This document shows positions 63,283 to 64,000 of a DNA stretch of 64,000 nt, piece by piece. The notes under the pieces were generated by a model, which worked only from the letters and a program-made list of their open reading frames with translations, ran no database searches and had not been told where the DNA came from. The DNA is from Kiritimatiellia bacterium (GTDB lineage: Bacteria; Verrucomicrobiota; Kiritimatiellia; RFP12; UBA1067): assembly GCA_050949565.1 (NCBI GenBank), contig JBMNFY010000016.1, positions 32,001-96,000 of the forward strand, read 5' to 3'. Every line of letters starts with the position of its first letter. The first letter of the stretch is position 1. The translations under genes and the position numbers were made by a program.

Positions 63283-64000
63283 TCAGTTCTCGTTCGAGTG
63301 CAGTCCGCCTGAACCGGCGTCGAACTCGATGTTGGCGCGTTCAGGATCGCCGGGCAGCGCCTTGGAGCAGCTCCAGATGCAGGCCCCGCAATGGACGCAC
63401 TTTTCGCGGTCGAACTCGGGCGGGGCGCCCTCTTCTCCAGGCATTAGAGCCTGCGCAGAACAAATCTCAATGCATGTGCGCTCTGTGCAGGAGGCGCAGA
63501 GTGCGGGATCGGCGAAGGTCACGTGATTGGCGAAGCCCGCCGCGGCTTGCACCTTGCCGCCCTTGAAGAGCGCGTCCTGATGCGACATCAACAATGTGCC
63601 GTCATACGGAATCTCGGGCCAGCCGGCCAGCGTCATGATTGCATCATGGAGCGGTTGCCGCGCCTTGGCGCAGGTCTCGACCGCTTCGCTGAGTGCGGCG
63701 GGCGCGATGCGTTCGCCGTAAACGCTCGCCAGCGTCGGAATACGCTGCGAAGGGGGGACGGAGTCGACCGAGAGGTTGAGCATGCCGCGGGTCATACCGG
63801 TCATGCCGGTGCCCATCATGCCAAGCATGAAGCCCTTGCCAAAGCCGTCGCGCGCCTTCTTAGCAGCTTGCAATTCGGCATTGAGCGGATCCTGACGTCG
63901 CCGCTGCACATACGCGCCGGTCAGCGCGGCCTTGGAAAAAGGCTGATCGCGCTTAAGCAGATCGATCACCCCTTCAGCCAACAGCACGCCGCTGCGCCAC
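63283..64000 (-). CDS. ETF-quinone oxidoreductase/FixC-FixX-like protein, C-terminal 4Fe-4S region (5' part outside window)
   Basis: C..C....CIEIC and FDREKCVHCGAC; G.GGL C-terminus. Confidence 0.7.
   Translation of the reverse strand, partial: WRSGVLLAEGVIDLLKRDQPFSKAALTGAYVQRRRQDPLNAELQAAKKARDGFGKGFMLGMMGTGMTGMTRGMLNLSVDSVPPSQRIPTLASVYGERIAPAALSEAVETCAKARQPLHDAIMTLAGWPEIPYDGTLLMSHQDALFKGGKVQAAAGFANHVTFADPALCASCTERTCIEICSAQALMPGEEGAPPEFDREKCVHCGACIWSCSKALPGDPERANIEFDAGSGGLHSNEN

Overview
GC-rich bacterial chromosomal window. Gene content and protein style suggest a PVC-superphylum anaerobe, possibly Kiritimatiellia-like (inference only). It holds housekeeping genes (folC, murC-like, lpxC-like, class II nrdJ with tandem NrdR boxes, gluQ, gyrB, dut, lptD, tRNA-Arg(TCT)), many carbohydrate-active or secreted proteins (GH97, GH39, DUF4838, DUF1080 x2, Gly-rich and beta-strand-repeat surface proteins), the 3' end of an MmeI-like R-M gene, two toxin-antitoxin modules and a sigma54-type hsp20 pair. 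Intergenic DNA is unusually structured. (1) A tandem-ArsR/wHTH gene is bracketed by four identical loop-less 26-bp palindromes (GGGTCACATATTCGAATATGTGACCC) arranged as two diverged direct-repeat blocks. (2) Mosaic intergenic elements are built from shuffled 9-bp-periodic modules, including a 329-bp MITE with 17-bp TIRs and a 7-bp target duplication, and an array bounded by 34-bp inverted repeats. (3) There is an exact 372-bp tandem duplication and a 40-bp duplicated promoter. Several long genes are broken by 1-2 nt indels, probably sequencing errors, and one by a single in-frame TGA. No CRISPR array, rRNA, transposase or integrase was seen. All product calls come from motif recognition by eye, without database searches.
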